From the NCBI GenBank assembly GCA_040220235.1, contig JAVJTO010000088.1: a DNA stretch of 64,000 nt; one strand, given 5' to 3'. This stretch comes from Coleofasciculus sp. B1-GNL1-01 (lineage in GTDB: Bacteria > Cyanobacteriota > Cyanobacteriia > Cyanobacteriales > Coleofasciculaceae). A program made the position numbers and the translations under genes. A model generated the notes under the pieces. It saw only the letters and a program-made list of their open reading frames with translations, ran no database searches and was not told the origin of the DNA. Shown piece after piece: positions 10,333 through 20,765 of this stretch (its first letter is position 1; each line of letters opens with the position of its first letter).

Positions 10333-10440
10333 TGCCGAGTTGCAGTAAGGAAAGTCGGGGCGGGTTTAGTCACATCTGGGTAAAGCGATAGTTGTCAAAC
10401 CCGCCCCTAAATGGGCGCTATGATGTTCTGCGATTTGGCG

Positions 10441-11502
10441 TCAGTGTTTGTGTTGATTCCTCCGGGCTTTAGTGATTTTTTTCCACTTTTCCTTCTCGGC
10501 TAAGGAGGCTTTTTGGTCTTGTTTCCTGGCTAAATAGTCAAGTTCTTTTTGCAGTTTTTGATAATTCAGGAAACGCTGATCATCAAGGGTGCCATTTTCC
10601 AAGGCTTGTTGCACAGCACAACCGGGTTCGTCTTGGTGTTTACAATTACGAAAACGACAGTGCTGGGCTAAGGTGTCGATATCGGTAAAGGTATTGGCTA
10701 AACTTTCCTCGTCTGCCCAGATCTGAAGTTCCCGCATCCCTGGAGTATCGATCAGCAAACCTCCTGAAGGCAGGGGAATCAATTGGCGATGGGTAGTGGT
10801 ATGTCGCCCTTTACAATCGTCCGAACGAACTTCTCCAACCGCTTGCACGACTTGACCAATTAACTGGTTCACCAACGTCGATTTGCCGACGCCTGAGGAA
10901 CCCAGTAAAGCAACCGTTTGTCCGGGTTTTAGGTAAGGCGTTAGGGCTTCTAATCCCTGATTTTTGACCGCACTTAAAATAATCACCGGTACACCAAAAG
11001 CGATCGCTTCAACAGCCTCTCGCTTTTCAGCAATATCTTCGCCTAAATCCGCTTTATTGAGGACAATTACAGGATTCGCGCCGCTTTCCCACACCAGAAG
11101 CAGGTAGCGTTCAATGCGCCGCAGATTAAAATCCCCATCCAAACCAGAGACCAAAAATATCGTATCGATATTGGTGGCAATAATTTGGACTTCGGTTTTT
11201 GTGCCAACGGTTTTCCGCGAAAATTGACTTTTCCGGGGCAAAATGCTATGAATTATCGCCTGTTTACCTTCATTGGTGAGGCGAATCACCACCCAATCCC
11301 CTACAGCCGGAAAGTCTTGGCGTCCAGTTGCTTGGTATCGCAGTTTGCCGATAACCTTTGCTGAGAGTTCGCCTTGTTCGGTGTAGAGACGATAAGTATT
11401 TTTGTACTCTAGGGCAATTCGACCAATGGTGTAGCCTTCTTGCCATTGGGGATTGAGGCTGTTGGCAAAAAATTCACTCCAGCCTAATGAGTCTAAATTC
11501 AT
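10441..11502 (-). CDS. rsgA: Ribosome small subunit-dependent GTPase A
   Basis: [22 protein letters not shown] and [14 protein letters not shown] zinc site. Confidence 0.93.
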   Translation of the reverse strand: MNLDSLGWSEFFANSLNPQWQEGYTIGRIALEYKNTYRLYTEQGELSAKVIGKLRYQATGRQDFPAVGDWVVIRLTNEGKQAIIHSILPRKSQFSRKTVGTKTEVQIIATNIDTIFLVSGLDGDFNLRRIERYLLLVWESGANPVIVLNKADLGEDIAEKREAVEAIAFGVPVIILSAVKNQGLEALTPYLKPGQTVALLGSSGVGKSTLVNQLIGQVVQAVGEVRSDDCKGRHTTTHRQLIPLPSGGLLIDTPGMRELQIWADEESLANTFTDIDTLAQHCRFRNCKHQDEPGCAVQQALENGTLDDQRFLNYQKLQKELDYLARKQDQKASLAEKEKWKKITKARRNQHKH

Positions 11503-11718
11503 TGATTTCCTCAGTGTCTGTTGCTTGATTTGAGCAAGGCGCACAGAGGACTTTTGACGTTCGTTAGCCTGAGAAACGACGCGATCGCGTCAAATCCTCT
11601 GTGGTTGCCTTGAGTTGTCTTATGGGGATGGAAATGGTTACAAGCTCAGACATAGAGTTATCCTTCTGGGTATTTTCCAACAACAGATTTATCTATTATA
11701 CTACAAAAACACTACAGT

Positions 11719-11882
11719 TAAGTAGATGGACACAATTAACGTGAACGGTTGAGATTAGGGAACACCTCGGCTTACCTCGACTTCGCTCGGTAACACGCTC
11801 GGTGTGTCACAGGGAACAGTAAGGGTTTAAGGTTGATGTACAAAACTTAATACAGTACCGTTTTCTTTTGTCTGACTACTTA
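11719..11882. mobile_element. TA-flanked MITE (TIR TAAGTAG.TGGACA / TGTC.GACTACTTA)
   Basis: Terminal inverted repeats; related copies at 21396-21525 and 61238-61367. Confidence 0.75.
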
Positions 11883-11934
11883 TCTCAGATTTTGCACCTG
11901 ATCCAGCCGAGTAGAAACGGGTGAAATTACTAAG

Positions 11935-13262
11935 TCATAATGACTTAGTAACAGGTAGCTTAATTACAAACTCTGTTCCTTGAGGATGATGGGAATGACA
12001 TTGAAGCTGCCCCCCGTGTTTGTCTACAACAATCTGATAGCTAATTGATAATCCTAAACCGGTGCCTTGACCGACGGGTTTTGTCGTAAAGAACGGATCA
12101 AATATTCGGGATTGAACCTCTGCGTTGATGCCAGCACCGTTGTCAGCAATACGAATAATTATCCAGTTGGGTTCAACGAATTCCGTGTGAATCCGAATCA
12201 TCGGAGAAGGTTGAGGATGTGTTTTCGATGTGTCTTGAAAATCCCGCGTTTTTGTTGAAGGTAGTCCTGATAAATAGGCAGTATCATGAGCGTCGTCAAG
12301 GGCATCAAGGGCATTGCTCAGAATATTCATAAACACTTGATTTAGTTGACCGGGATAACATTTGACTAACGGCAGTTGACCATAGTCTTTAATCAGTTGA
12401 ATCGGAGGACGATTTCCCTTTTGGGTCAGTCGATGTTTTAAAATTAGTAGTGTGCTATCAATGCCTTGATGGAGATTCACCTGCTTACATTTGGCTTCAT
12501 CAAGTCGGGAAAAGTGGCGTTTGCTCTCGGTGATGTCGGAAAATGAGGTGACAACGGCGTAGGGTTGGCTGTCTCCGGGATTAAACAGAGGTTGAGAATT
12601 CATGCTAATCCAGGTGATTTCATGTCTTTGTTCCTGGCAACCTTGCTGCTTCTGTCGTAATTTCAGCCCTCCGCTTTTTGCTTTGTTTCCAGCAACAGGT
12701 GAGTCGTTCACTGGACAAGGTAGGAGTGATGCTTCAGGTGGGGAAATCCCCATAATTACTCTGACTTGGGGTTTTCCTGTGCGTAAGGTTACCATCGCGG
12801 GATGCTCTTGGCTGGGGAAGGGAGAACCATCTTCCTGAATGATTTGTCCCCCCCAGTTCATCCCGATTTGTCCGAGTATCTGTTGAGCAGAGCGTCCTAA
12901 AATGTTTTCAGCACTGAGATTACAAGCAATAATCTGACCGTCGGCTTGCTGGAGTATAATTCCCTCAGACATGGCGGTGACGACGGAACGGTATCGTTGT
13001 TCGCTGACTCGTAGTTCTTTCTCTATCCGTTGCCGCTCGATGAGTTCCGCCTGTACTCTAGAATAGAGTTCCGATTGTTGGAGTGCGATCGCGACTTGGG
13101 TGGCTAATTGCTGTAATAGCTCAATTTCGTAGGATTGCCAGTGCCGTTGACTACGACAGTGATGGACGATTAATAAACCCCAGAGTTTTTCTCCTAAAAT
13201 AATTGGCACGACTAAGTTGGCGATGACTTGGAAGGGTTTAAGTAACTGGAGATGACAAGGCT
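11935..13262 (-). pseudogene. Sensor kinase, 3' part (partial GAF, PAS, HATPase); HisKA missing
   Basis: PCHLQLLKPFQVIANLVVPI..LWGLL GAF end, PAS, then N/G1/F/G2 boxes; PAS end DITESKR joins directly to HFSRLDEA. Confidence 0.8.
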
Positions 13263-14730
13263 TTGACTTCTCCCCTGGTTAAAAACGCAGGGGATTCTAA
13301 GAGGATACTGCGGGACGGGCTAAAGCCGCGTCCCTCCGTTTCATCTTCTTAGAGTTCCAGAGGAAAACTCTGGATGGCGCAGTCAAAAACGCCCTACTGA
13401 CCCTGGCTAGATTGAGACCTAGCTGTATCTCTACTTTGCGGAGGATATTAGCAGCACCGTTAGCATCGGCGTTGACGAATTCTCCTTTAAGCGTGCGGTA
13501 CATTCCTCGTTTTACTCGCTTCCCACTAGCCTTCCACCCTTCCGGCTTGGAGCCGAATACAGGTAGAGTATCGTTGTCGAGAAAACTAGCTTTAGAGGTA
13601 TAACTTTCTTCAGTTTCTACGAACTGAATTCCATAGTGTTTGCACAGTTGCTCAATCCTATTTTTGAGACGGGCGGTAGGAATTTGAACAAACTCTTGAT
13701 TCGTCTTTTTCCCCAGCTCAATCCCATCTTTATTGTGTCGATTCCAACCGAAAACGACTCTTCCAATTCGATGTTGGAGGCAATGGTTGATAACGACACG
13801 AGCGGCTTTGTTAACCGCATCTCTTACTTGCCTATTGCGCCTTTCTGTGAGAAAGGCTAATTCTTCATTCCAAAATCCTTGAGCTTTCCCCAACTTAATG
13901 GTTGCCACCCGTTTGTTGTAGAGCTGATTAAGACTCTTTAATTTACGTCCATCAACAATAAAGCTGGTTCCTACATTAGAAACACAGGTCATCCAGTTGT
14001 TGAGTCCGGGGTCGATTCCTATTACCCGTGAGGAGTCTACATCTGCTGTTACAGAAGGCAGGAGGTAGACAAACTCAGCATAGAAGCAGCCGTTGCGGGG
14101 AAGGATTCTCAGCTCTTTGATGTCTTTGAAGGCAAGATTAGATGGCTTATGAATGAAGAAATCCGCTATCTTGAACCATGTCTTGACTAGCGTTCCTAGC
14201 GGTATTCTGATTTGACCATCTTTAATCTTCAAAGCTTGTTTAGGATAACTCACAACAGAAAGACCGCCCTTCTTTAAATACTTAGGTAGTCTAGGATTGT
14301 CCGCTATCTTTCCTTTTCTGAACGCCTTCATCAACCCATCAAACGACTTGAAAGATTCACTAACCGTTCTTAGCGCTTGTTGAGCTGCCTGAGAATAGAG
14401 AGCTTGGAAATGTTTGTTGTTTTTGTACTCCTTTTCTAAGTCATATTTGCCGATAATCCGCCGACACTTAAACCAGACTTGACGAGCATAATAAATACCG
14501 CAGTTCATTAAGTTATTCGCTTCGGTGCAAATAAACTCTAGAACGGCGGTTAGATCTTGATCTGGATTTAATAGTAATTGCTGACAACCGTACAAGAAAA
14601 TCACCTCCTTGTTTAGGGTTATATTATATCACTTGAAGAAATTATTGCGGGATAAATCCCGCTGTCTTTACGACTTGCTCGGTTTCATCCCCCGACGCTC
14701 AGTACGGGGGAGCCTGCACCATCGCTTATA
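13263..14730 (-). mobile_element. IS200/IS605-family tnpB-only (IS1341-type) element
   Basis: Left hairpin CCCCCG..TCGGGGG (~14688-14712); right end GAAT-CCCCTG..CAGGGG-AGAAG-TCAA ending at 13263; interrupts the kinase gene. Confidence 0.85.
13297..14595 (-). CDS. tnpB: RNA-guided endonuclease TnpB
   Basis: GIDPG, EESYTSKAS, NADANGAANI; AGGAGG RBS before TTG 14595. Confidence 0.9.
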   Translation of the reverse strand: MYGCQQLLLNPDQDLTAVLEFICTEANNLMNCGIYYARQVWFKCRRIIGKYDLEKEYKNNKHFQALYSQAAQQALRTVSESFKSFDGLMKAFRKGKIADNPRLPKYLKKGGLSVVSYPKQALKIKDGQIRIPLGTLVKTWFKIADFFIHKPSNLAFKDIKELRILPRNGCFYAEFVYLLPSVTADVDSSRVIGIDPGLNNWMTCVSNVGTSFIVDGRKLKSLNQLYNKRVATIKLGKAQGFWNEELAFLTERRNRQVRDAVNKAARVVINHCLQHRIGRVVFGWNRHNKDGIELGKKTNQEFVQIPTARLKNRIEQLCKHYGIQFVETEESYTSKASFLDNDTLPVFGSKPEGWKASGKRVKRGMYRTLKGEFVNADANGAANILRKVEIQLGLNLARVSRAFLTAPSRVFLWNSKKMKRRDAALARPAVSS

Positions 14731-15543
14731 CTGTAAGGCAATTGCCCCGAATAACCGTTCCCGTTGTTGCGCTGCGACGCGATCGCTGATATCTAGTAGA
14801 GTACCGAATAGTTTATGTACCTGACCCTGGGCATTGAAAATTGGTTCTCCTTGGGCGAAAAGATGGCGGATAAACCCATCAGGGCGCAGGATACGAAATT
14901 CTAGTTGGCAGGATTTCCCCCGAACAAGCTGGTGAACTGTTTTTTTCCAAGCCTTTCTATCATTGCCATGAATCGTTTGCCAATGTTCTCTTATGGTGGG
15001 TGTGGGTTGTCCTGGAGAGAGTCCATAAATGCGGAAGGTTTCATCGGACCAAGTAATGTTTTGGGTGGCTAAATCAAATTCCCAGCTTCCCACATGGGCA
15101 ACTTTTTGAGCTTGGGCAAGGTGGGTTTTTTCCTGCCAGAGTTCCGCTTGGGCTTTTTGACGTTCCTTGATTTCGGCTTCGAGTTGGGCGGTGCTGGGGA
15201 TTGTCAGGGCTTGGGGAAGTAGTCGGACGAGTTCTGCTGCGGTTACTACGGAAATCAGGGCAGTCGAGGCTTTTATCCAACCGGATAACCAGTAATTCGG
15301 ATGCCAAAGCGTCCAGATTTCCATAATATGGGTCGTACCACAGGCAATGATGAACCCACTAAATAACCAGAAAATCCAGTTAAATGGGACATCATTTCTC
15401 TTGGTGACAAAATAAGTTAGCGTTAGGGGAATGGAGTAATATGCCAATGCGGTGAGAAAATCAGAGATTAGGTGTAACCAAACTAATCCCGGCTTCCAGA
15501 GGTAGCAATGTCCGTGGGGAATGAAAAATTCTGCCAATACCAT
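14668..15543 (-). pseudogene. Sensor kinase, 5' part (ethylene-binding-type TM domain + PAS), reading into the IS left end
   Basis: SDFLTALAYYSIP...FIIACGTTH ETR1-like motif, PAS, then LFGAIALQ fused to IS-derived tail. Confidence 0.8.
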
Positions 15544-15737
15544 GGTGGTTATAAAAAATTCTTAAGAAAGAGTATTAAAATGGTAGATTCAATGATTATG
15601 CTGTTATTTATACTCTACTCTTTCTTTATCCGGCAAACGGGACAAATGATTACTGTTCCCTGTAACACACCGAGCGAAGTCGAGGTGTTCCCTGTTCCCT
15701 TTCCTCACCCCTATACTTATTCAGTCAGCCCTACTTC

Positions 15738-16568
15738 TTAAACGGCAAATGATAAGGGAAAAAATAACCGCAGATAAGCTGACAAAATAGCTTCTCCCAA
15801 AAAAACTGTCAATCCAGCACCTAATGCCAAAAATGGTCCAAAGGGCATCGGTTGTCGCCGATTTAGCCAACCCATTGCCATGGCACCTCCCCCAGCGAAT
15901 GCGCCGATTGCACAGGCTAAAAACCCAGCTAATAGTAAATACTTCCATCCCAACCAAGCCCCCATCATTGCGGCTAATTTGGCATCTCCTCCGCCCATGG
16001 CGGTTTGCCCAAAGAGGATAGAACCGACTAGGGTGATGATGTCAAATAACCAAATTCCCAACACTGCACCGCTTATTCCGGTCATGAGTTGAGCTGATAT
16101 ATCGGAAAGTTGAGTGGTTTGGAAAAAAGCGAATGCGCCTTGAAAGAGTATACCTGCAACTAATCCGGATTGGGTGAGGGAGTTGGGGAGTGTCATGGTA
16201 TCGAGGTCAATTAAGGATAGGGCTAATAACCAGCTTAAAAATGCCCAATAGCCAAAGGTTTCTAGGCTTAAGCTATAGTGTAAAAATACGAATAAAAATA
16301 ATAGTCCGGTGATGGCTTCGACTAGGGGATAACGCCAAGAGATGCGACTACGACAATGGCGACAGCGCCCTTTTAACCACAACCAACCGAGGATGGGAAT
16401 GTTCTCTCGTTTGCCGAGTTTGTGTAAGCAATGCGGACAACGGGAGGGGGGAAAAAGGATGGATAAGTTGGCGGGTAGGCGATAAACGACGACGTTGAGA
16501 AAGCTACCGATTGATGCGCCGAGGGCAAATACGATTAAAGAGGTGATGATGATAATTAAAGTATCCAT
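15738..16568 (-). CDS. pilD: Prepilin peptidase/N-methyltransferase
   Basis: GSFLNVV, two CxxC pairs, IDLD, GGGDAKL, PFGPFL. Confidence 0.93.
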   Translation of the reverse strand: MDTLIIIITSLIVFALGASIGSFLNVVVYRLPANLSILFPPSRCPHCLHKLGKRENIPILGWLWLKGRCRHCRSRISWRYPLVEAITGLLFLFVFLHYSLSLETFGYWAFLSWLLALSLIDLDTMTLPNSLTQSGLVAGILFQGAFAFFQTTQLSDISAQLMTGISGAVLGIWLFDIITLVGSILFGQTAMGGGDAKLAAMMGAWLGWKYLLLAGFLACAIGAFAGGGAMAMGWLNRRQPMPFGPFLALGAGLTVFLGEAILSAYLRLFFPLSFAV

Positions 16569-16746
16569 GGTGAATTATGTTGTAGGTTGGGTGGAGGAAC
16601 GACACCCAATGAGTTTGATGTTAGGTATTGTTTACTAGCCTTAAGTTGGTATGATTTAACTTATAATATTTTTTGGCTAGACTTTGAGGGAGTGAGGCAA
16701 AGGATTAGGGCGCTAAAGCGCAACTACAAGCGCAACTACAAACAAA

Positions 16747-18297
16747 CTATTCTACTCTCCATAACCAGGATTTGGAGTTGGGTTCTTCGGTTAGTTGATG
16801 ATTGGTTTGAATTCCTTGTTTCAAGGGTTCTGTGGGTCGATAGACAAAGATGGGAGAAAATGTATTTGGAATTTGGGGAATTCCAGGGGGTAGAACCATC
16901 TGGAGATGAACGTCTGGATTTAGGGAATGACTGAGAGAAAACATAATTCCCGGAATTTTATCACTAACCACTAGGGGATTTTTGGCTTGATTGACAATTT
17001 CAGCTACTTGGGGATTATATCGACTTTTACTATGACTTTTGTGCCACCACACCGGAAATTGGGCGCTGACGATACAGGAGACAATAGCACAGAACAAGAG
17101 TGCGATCGCGCCGTATTGCCAGCGCTTCAGATGCTTTGTCTTGCCGTTGATTGCCGTATTTTTGGCGGTGATTAAATAAGCGACTGCTATCTGAATTCCT
17201 AAATAACTGGGAACGGCGTATCGGGTAATACTAGAACGACGCCCCCCTAAAATGACATCGGGTCCAATCAGCGCAATTCCGGTAACACCAATTAAGGTGA
17301 TAATAAATACCCAAGCGTTGAGGGAGGCTTTGCGGTAAAGGTAGTATAGCGCATAGCCGGCTAATAACGCACTCAGATAATGCAGTGGACTAAATGGGCT
17401 GGTTCCTTGATTCACATCAAAGAAGATTCGACTCAGATTTAATCCCCAAAATAAGGGTAAAAATTCTTCTCGATTCAAGTTAACCGAGGCGGTATTGTCC
17501 ACGAATTTGGAAAAATGGGTGATGACAATCCCTAGCCAGGGTAAAAATAGGAGTACCCCGACTAGGGAGGATAATAAATATTTCGTTAGTTTGCGACTCC
17601 AGCGAAATCCTTCGGTGACTAAAACATAAATACCATGTCCAATAGACACGAAGGCGGAAAAGGGATGAGTATAAAGTCCCAGCGCCACAGTTACTCCGTA
17701 AATTCCCCAACTCGGTAAAGTTTTTAATCGCATGGCTCGCAATAATGCGGCACTTGATAATAAAATAGTCACTGTCCACAAACTATATTCTCGTGCTTCT
17801 TGGGCGTATAAGATATGGAACGGGGAAATCGCTAGAATAGCAACACCAACCCAACTTACTGTCGATAATCCGAAGAGTTCCCAACATAACCAGTACATAC
17901 AAGGAAATGCCAGAAAACTGATTAACACGGATAGGAAGCGAATGGTGACAACTGAATGACCAAAGCGTTGCAACCAGAACCGTGCCATTAGATAATAGAG
18001 GGGCGAATGTTCGGGATTTCCGGCTAAGGCGTTAATCGTGTCATTGAGATCTTTTTCTGGCGTGGGATACTGATACCGCTCTAAGAACGTTGCAACTGGA
18101 ATCACTTCACCGTCGAACGCCTGCTGGATAACTTCGGTTTGGGTATATCCAGAGATTCGCATCGAGGTCATTGTCTCATCGTACCAGTAAACCTTGCGAT
18201 CGAGGTTATAGACGCGGAAAACTATCCCCAGTACGATTACGGCAATCAGTAAATTTCGCCACCCGGTTGGACTTAACGGTAATTTTTTTAACATCAT
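16747..18297 (-). CDS. Glycosyltransferase family 39-like (PMT_2) membrane protein
   Basis: YWYDE, HSPLYY, YAQEAREYSL; multiple TM helices. Confidence 0.85.
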   Translation of the reverse strand: MMLKKLPLSPTGWRNLLIAVIVLGIVFRVYNLDRKVYWYDETMTSMRISGYTQTEVIQQAFDGEVIPVATFLERYQYPTPEKDLNDTINALAGNPEHSPLYYLMARFWLQRFGHSVVTIRFLSVLISFLAFPCMYWLCWELFGLSTVSWVGVAILAISPFHILYAQEAREYSLWTVTILLSSAALLRAMRLKTLPSWGIYGVTVALGLYTHPFSAFVSIGHGIYVLVTEGFRWSRKLTKYLLSSLVGVLLFLPWLGIVITHFSKFVDNTASVNLNREEFLPLFWGLNLSRIFFDVNQGTSPFSPLHYLSALLAGYALYYLYRKASLNAWVFIITLIGVTGIALIGPDVILGGRRSSITRYAVPSYLGIQIAVAYLITAKNTAINGKTKHLKRWQYGAIALLFCAIVSCIVSAQFPVWWHKSHSKSRYNPQVAEIVNQAKNPLVVSDKIPGIMFSLSHSLNPDVHLQMVLPPGIPQIPNTFSPIFVYRPTEPLKQGIQTNHQLTEEPNSKSWLWRVE

Positions 18298-19047
18298 TCA
18301 TTAATCTCACCCACGCGCCTTATTATAAGATTAATCAGGCGTGCAGTTTTCATCCCAGTCTGAAATTATTTCCTCATACCCTAACCTTAATTGGCATAAT
18401 TCATTTATTCAAAGAAAAATTTTATCAGATATTTGATAACACTGATTTCGCTGAGTAAGGAGCATAGGTAGTGGTGGGGACTTGGCAGGTTATTCCCACT
18501 GATTTCACAGAGGTGTTAGCTCTCAATGGGGCTAAGGATGAAAAGATGATTGTCCCCGGATAAAAAATGATTAGCTTGTGGGAGGACTATTTTCTCGTCT
18601 GTGTCAATCTGTGTGCTTCACTATTTGCTGTTCTATCTGTGCTATTCCATCTGTGCAATCTGTGTTTTTGTCAAGTCTTGGTCATGATTTTTATCGTAAG
18701 TTTAAAAAAATACATGCGTTCAAGGGAACATTAGCCGTGAGGCAAAAACTAGAAATTATACAAAGTTTTACGAGAATTCAAGGGTTTTAACGTTGTCTAG
18801 ATGATTGAAACTTACAAAAAACCCACCATAAATACTATACCTGAAAACTCCACATTTTTCTCACAATCGCCGTAACCCTTGAAAATTCGTAGATTATTCG
18901 GGAAAAGGGGTCAAAAACGAGCAATTATAACGTTTTGTTGAAACAAGACTCTAATTGGAAAATTTAAACTTTTTGGGGAGGAAGGAATAGTTTAAGTTAT
19001 CAAAACTTGACAAGTTGAGCTAAAACGATATTGAGTCAAGCTACAGA

Positions 19048-19200
19048 TATAGCACTACGCATTAGGGTTAGGACAAATGAAGAAAAATCCAAATTGCTCA
19101 ATCCCTTGATGAGTAAGCTTTTTTCTTCACTATTGCCTATGACACACCGAGCGAAGCCGAGGTGTTGCCTATTGCCTATTGCCTAGCGCGTAGCGCTATA
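19048..19200. mobile_element. TA-flanked MITE (TIR TATAGC.CTACGC)
   Basis: TATAGCACTACGC...GCGTAGCGCTATA; similar TATAGC-ended elements at ~39952-40056, 50772-50865 and 56174-56275. Confidence 0.65.
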
Positions 19201-19367
19201 TGTCAGTAGCGAAGGAGAAAGAGTAACGGGGTATGTTGTGAATCGTGGTTGTTGGCAACAGAGCGATCGCCTGTAGTCATATCATTTGAGGGGAATGGAA
19301 TTGCGGTGGTCATTTTGATATGATGAATTGTCTGTTCCCCTGTTACCTATTCCCTATTCCCTGAAAA

Positions 19368-19748
19368 ATGGAAATTGAACGCTTTAAACTCTCCAAATCA
19401 GCTAAAGACCAACTAACCAAACTCAAACGCTACACTAAAATTGATCAGTGGAATATTCTTTGCCGTTGGGCGTTTTGTCGTTCCCTGGCGGAACCGACTC
19501 AACCTTCACCTGTCCCGATTCCGGCTGACTCGAATGTGGAAATGACATGGCGGGTGTTTGGTGGCGATTTGGCTGATATTTTGTTAATGGCGCTGAAACA
19601 ACGCTGTCATAATGATGGTTTAGGGTGTGATAAGGATACTCTTACCAATCAATTTCGCCTTCATCTACATCGGGGGATTGGGTATTTAGCGGGTGATCCC
19701 ACGATTAGGAAAATTGAAGATTTTATCGAAATTGCCAATAAGCAATAA
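19368..19748 (+). CDS. dndE: DNA sulfur modification protein DndE
   Basis: LKRYTKIDQWNILCRWAFCRSL and FRLHLHRGIGYL motifs, 126 aa. Confidence 0.9.
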   Translation: MEIERFKLSKSAKDQLTKLKRYTKIDQWNILCRWAFCRSLAEPTQPSPVPIPADSNVEMTWRVFGGDLADILLMALKQRCHNDGLGCDKDTLTNQFRLHLHRGIGYLAGDPTIRKIEDFIEIANKQ

Positions 19749-19866
19749 ATGTTCTTGGTTATTCACCTCTCTACACCCTTCCATCATGCATGTCTGGTTA
19801 TTTTCGATGACATTATGTGTGATGTGTTCTGTGTTTGTTAACTCTGTAGGGGCGAGTTAGGGGTTA

Positions 19867-20765
19867 CGGTTAATAGGGGTCTACAGGTCGGCACATTTTC
19901 CCATGATGAAATAGTACCTAAAATGCGCGATCGCGTCAAGTCCTAATCTTTATTTCTTTCGAGGCGATTATCCCTTTATTTGCCATGTTCACCTGCATAT
20001 CTGAAGAGGTTCATCTGTGAACAAAGGAGATGGAGACAGGGGATGTTGGTGGATTACGGTGGATAGCGAATATAAAGGATTAGTTAGGTCAATTGATTCC
20101 TACCTAACCCACCCCACAGGTTCCGGTGAATAGGGGTCTATAGGTCGGCACATTTTCCCATGATGAAATAGTACCTAAACTTGGCGATCGCGTCAACCCC
20201 TAATCTTTTTTCTTTCAGGACAATTATCCCTTTGATGTGCCATGTTCACCTGCATATCTGAAGGATTCATCTGTGAACAAAGGAGATGAAGCCAGGATTT
20301 TGGTGAGTTACTGTGGATAGCGAATATAAAGGATTGGTTTGGTCAATTGATTACCACCTAACCCACCCCACAGGTTTCGGTGAATGGGGGTCTACAGGTC
20401 GGCACATTTTCCCATGATGAAATAGTACCTAACATTCGCGATCGCGTCAACCCCTAATTCTTATTTCTTTTGGGGCGATTATCCCTTTGATGTGCCATGT
20501 TCACCTGCATATCTGAAGAGGTTCATCTGTGAACAAAGGGGATGAAGACAGGGGATTTTGGTGGATTACTGTGGATAGCGAATATAAAGGATTAGTTGGG
20601 TCAATTGATTACCATCTAGCCCACCCCACAGGTTCTGGTGAATGGGGGTCTATAGGTCGGCACATTTTCCCATGATGAAATAGTACCTAAAATGCGCGAT
20701 CGCGTCAACCCCTAATCCTTATTTCTTTCGAGGCGATTATCCCTTTAATGTGCCATGTTCACCTG
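19867..20765 (-). repeat. Tandem array of 3.5 x ~257-bp units, each with a minus-strand promoter
   Basis: Periods 257, 254 and 258 bp; invariant 37-bp core AGGTCGGCACATTTTCCCATGATGAAATAGTACCTAA in all four copies. Confidence 0.95.
19911..19939 (-). promoter_or_regulatory. Sigma70-type promoter, array copy 1 (others at 20168-20196, 20422-20450, 20680-20708)
   Basis: TTGACG-N17-TACTAT on the minus strand in all four copies. Confidence 0.7.

Noticed and set aside
20023..20083. Plus-strand small ORF after AAAGGAG in the array units
   Set aside because: Indels between copies break the frame and the RBS-like motif is not kept in copy 3
19867..20765. CRISPR array (37-bp invariant core resembles a direct repeat)
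   Set aside because: Intervening ~220-bp segments are near-identical to each other rather than unique spacers, and there are no cas genes in the window
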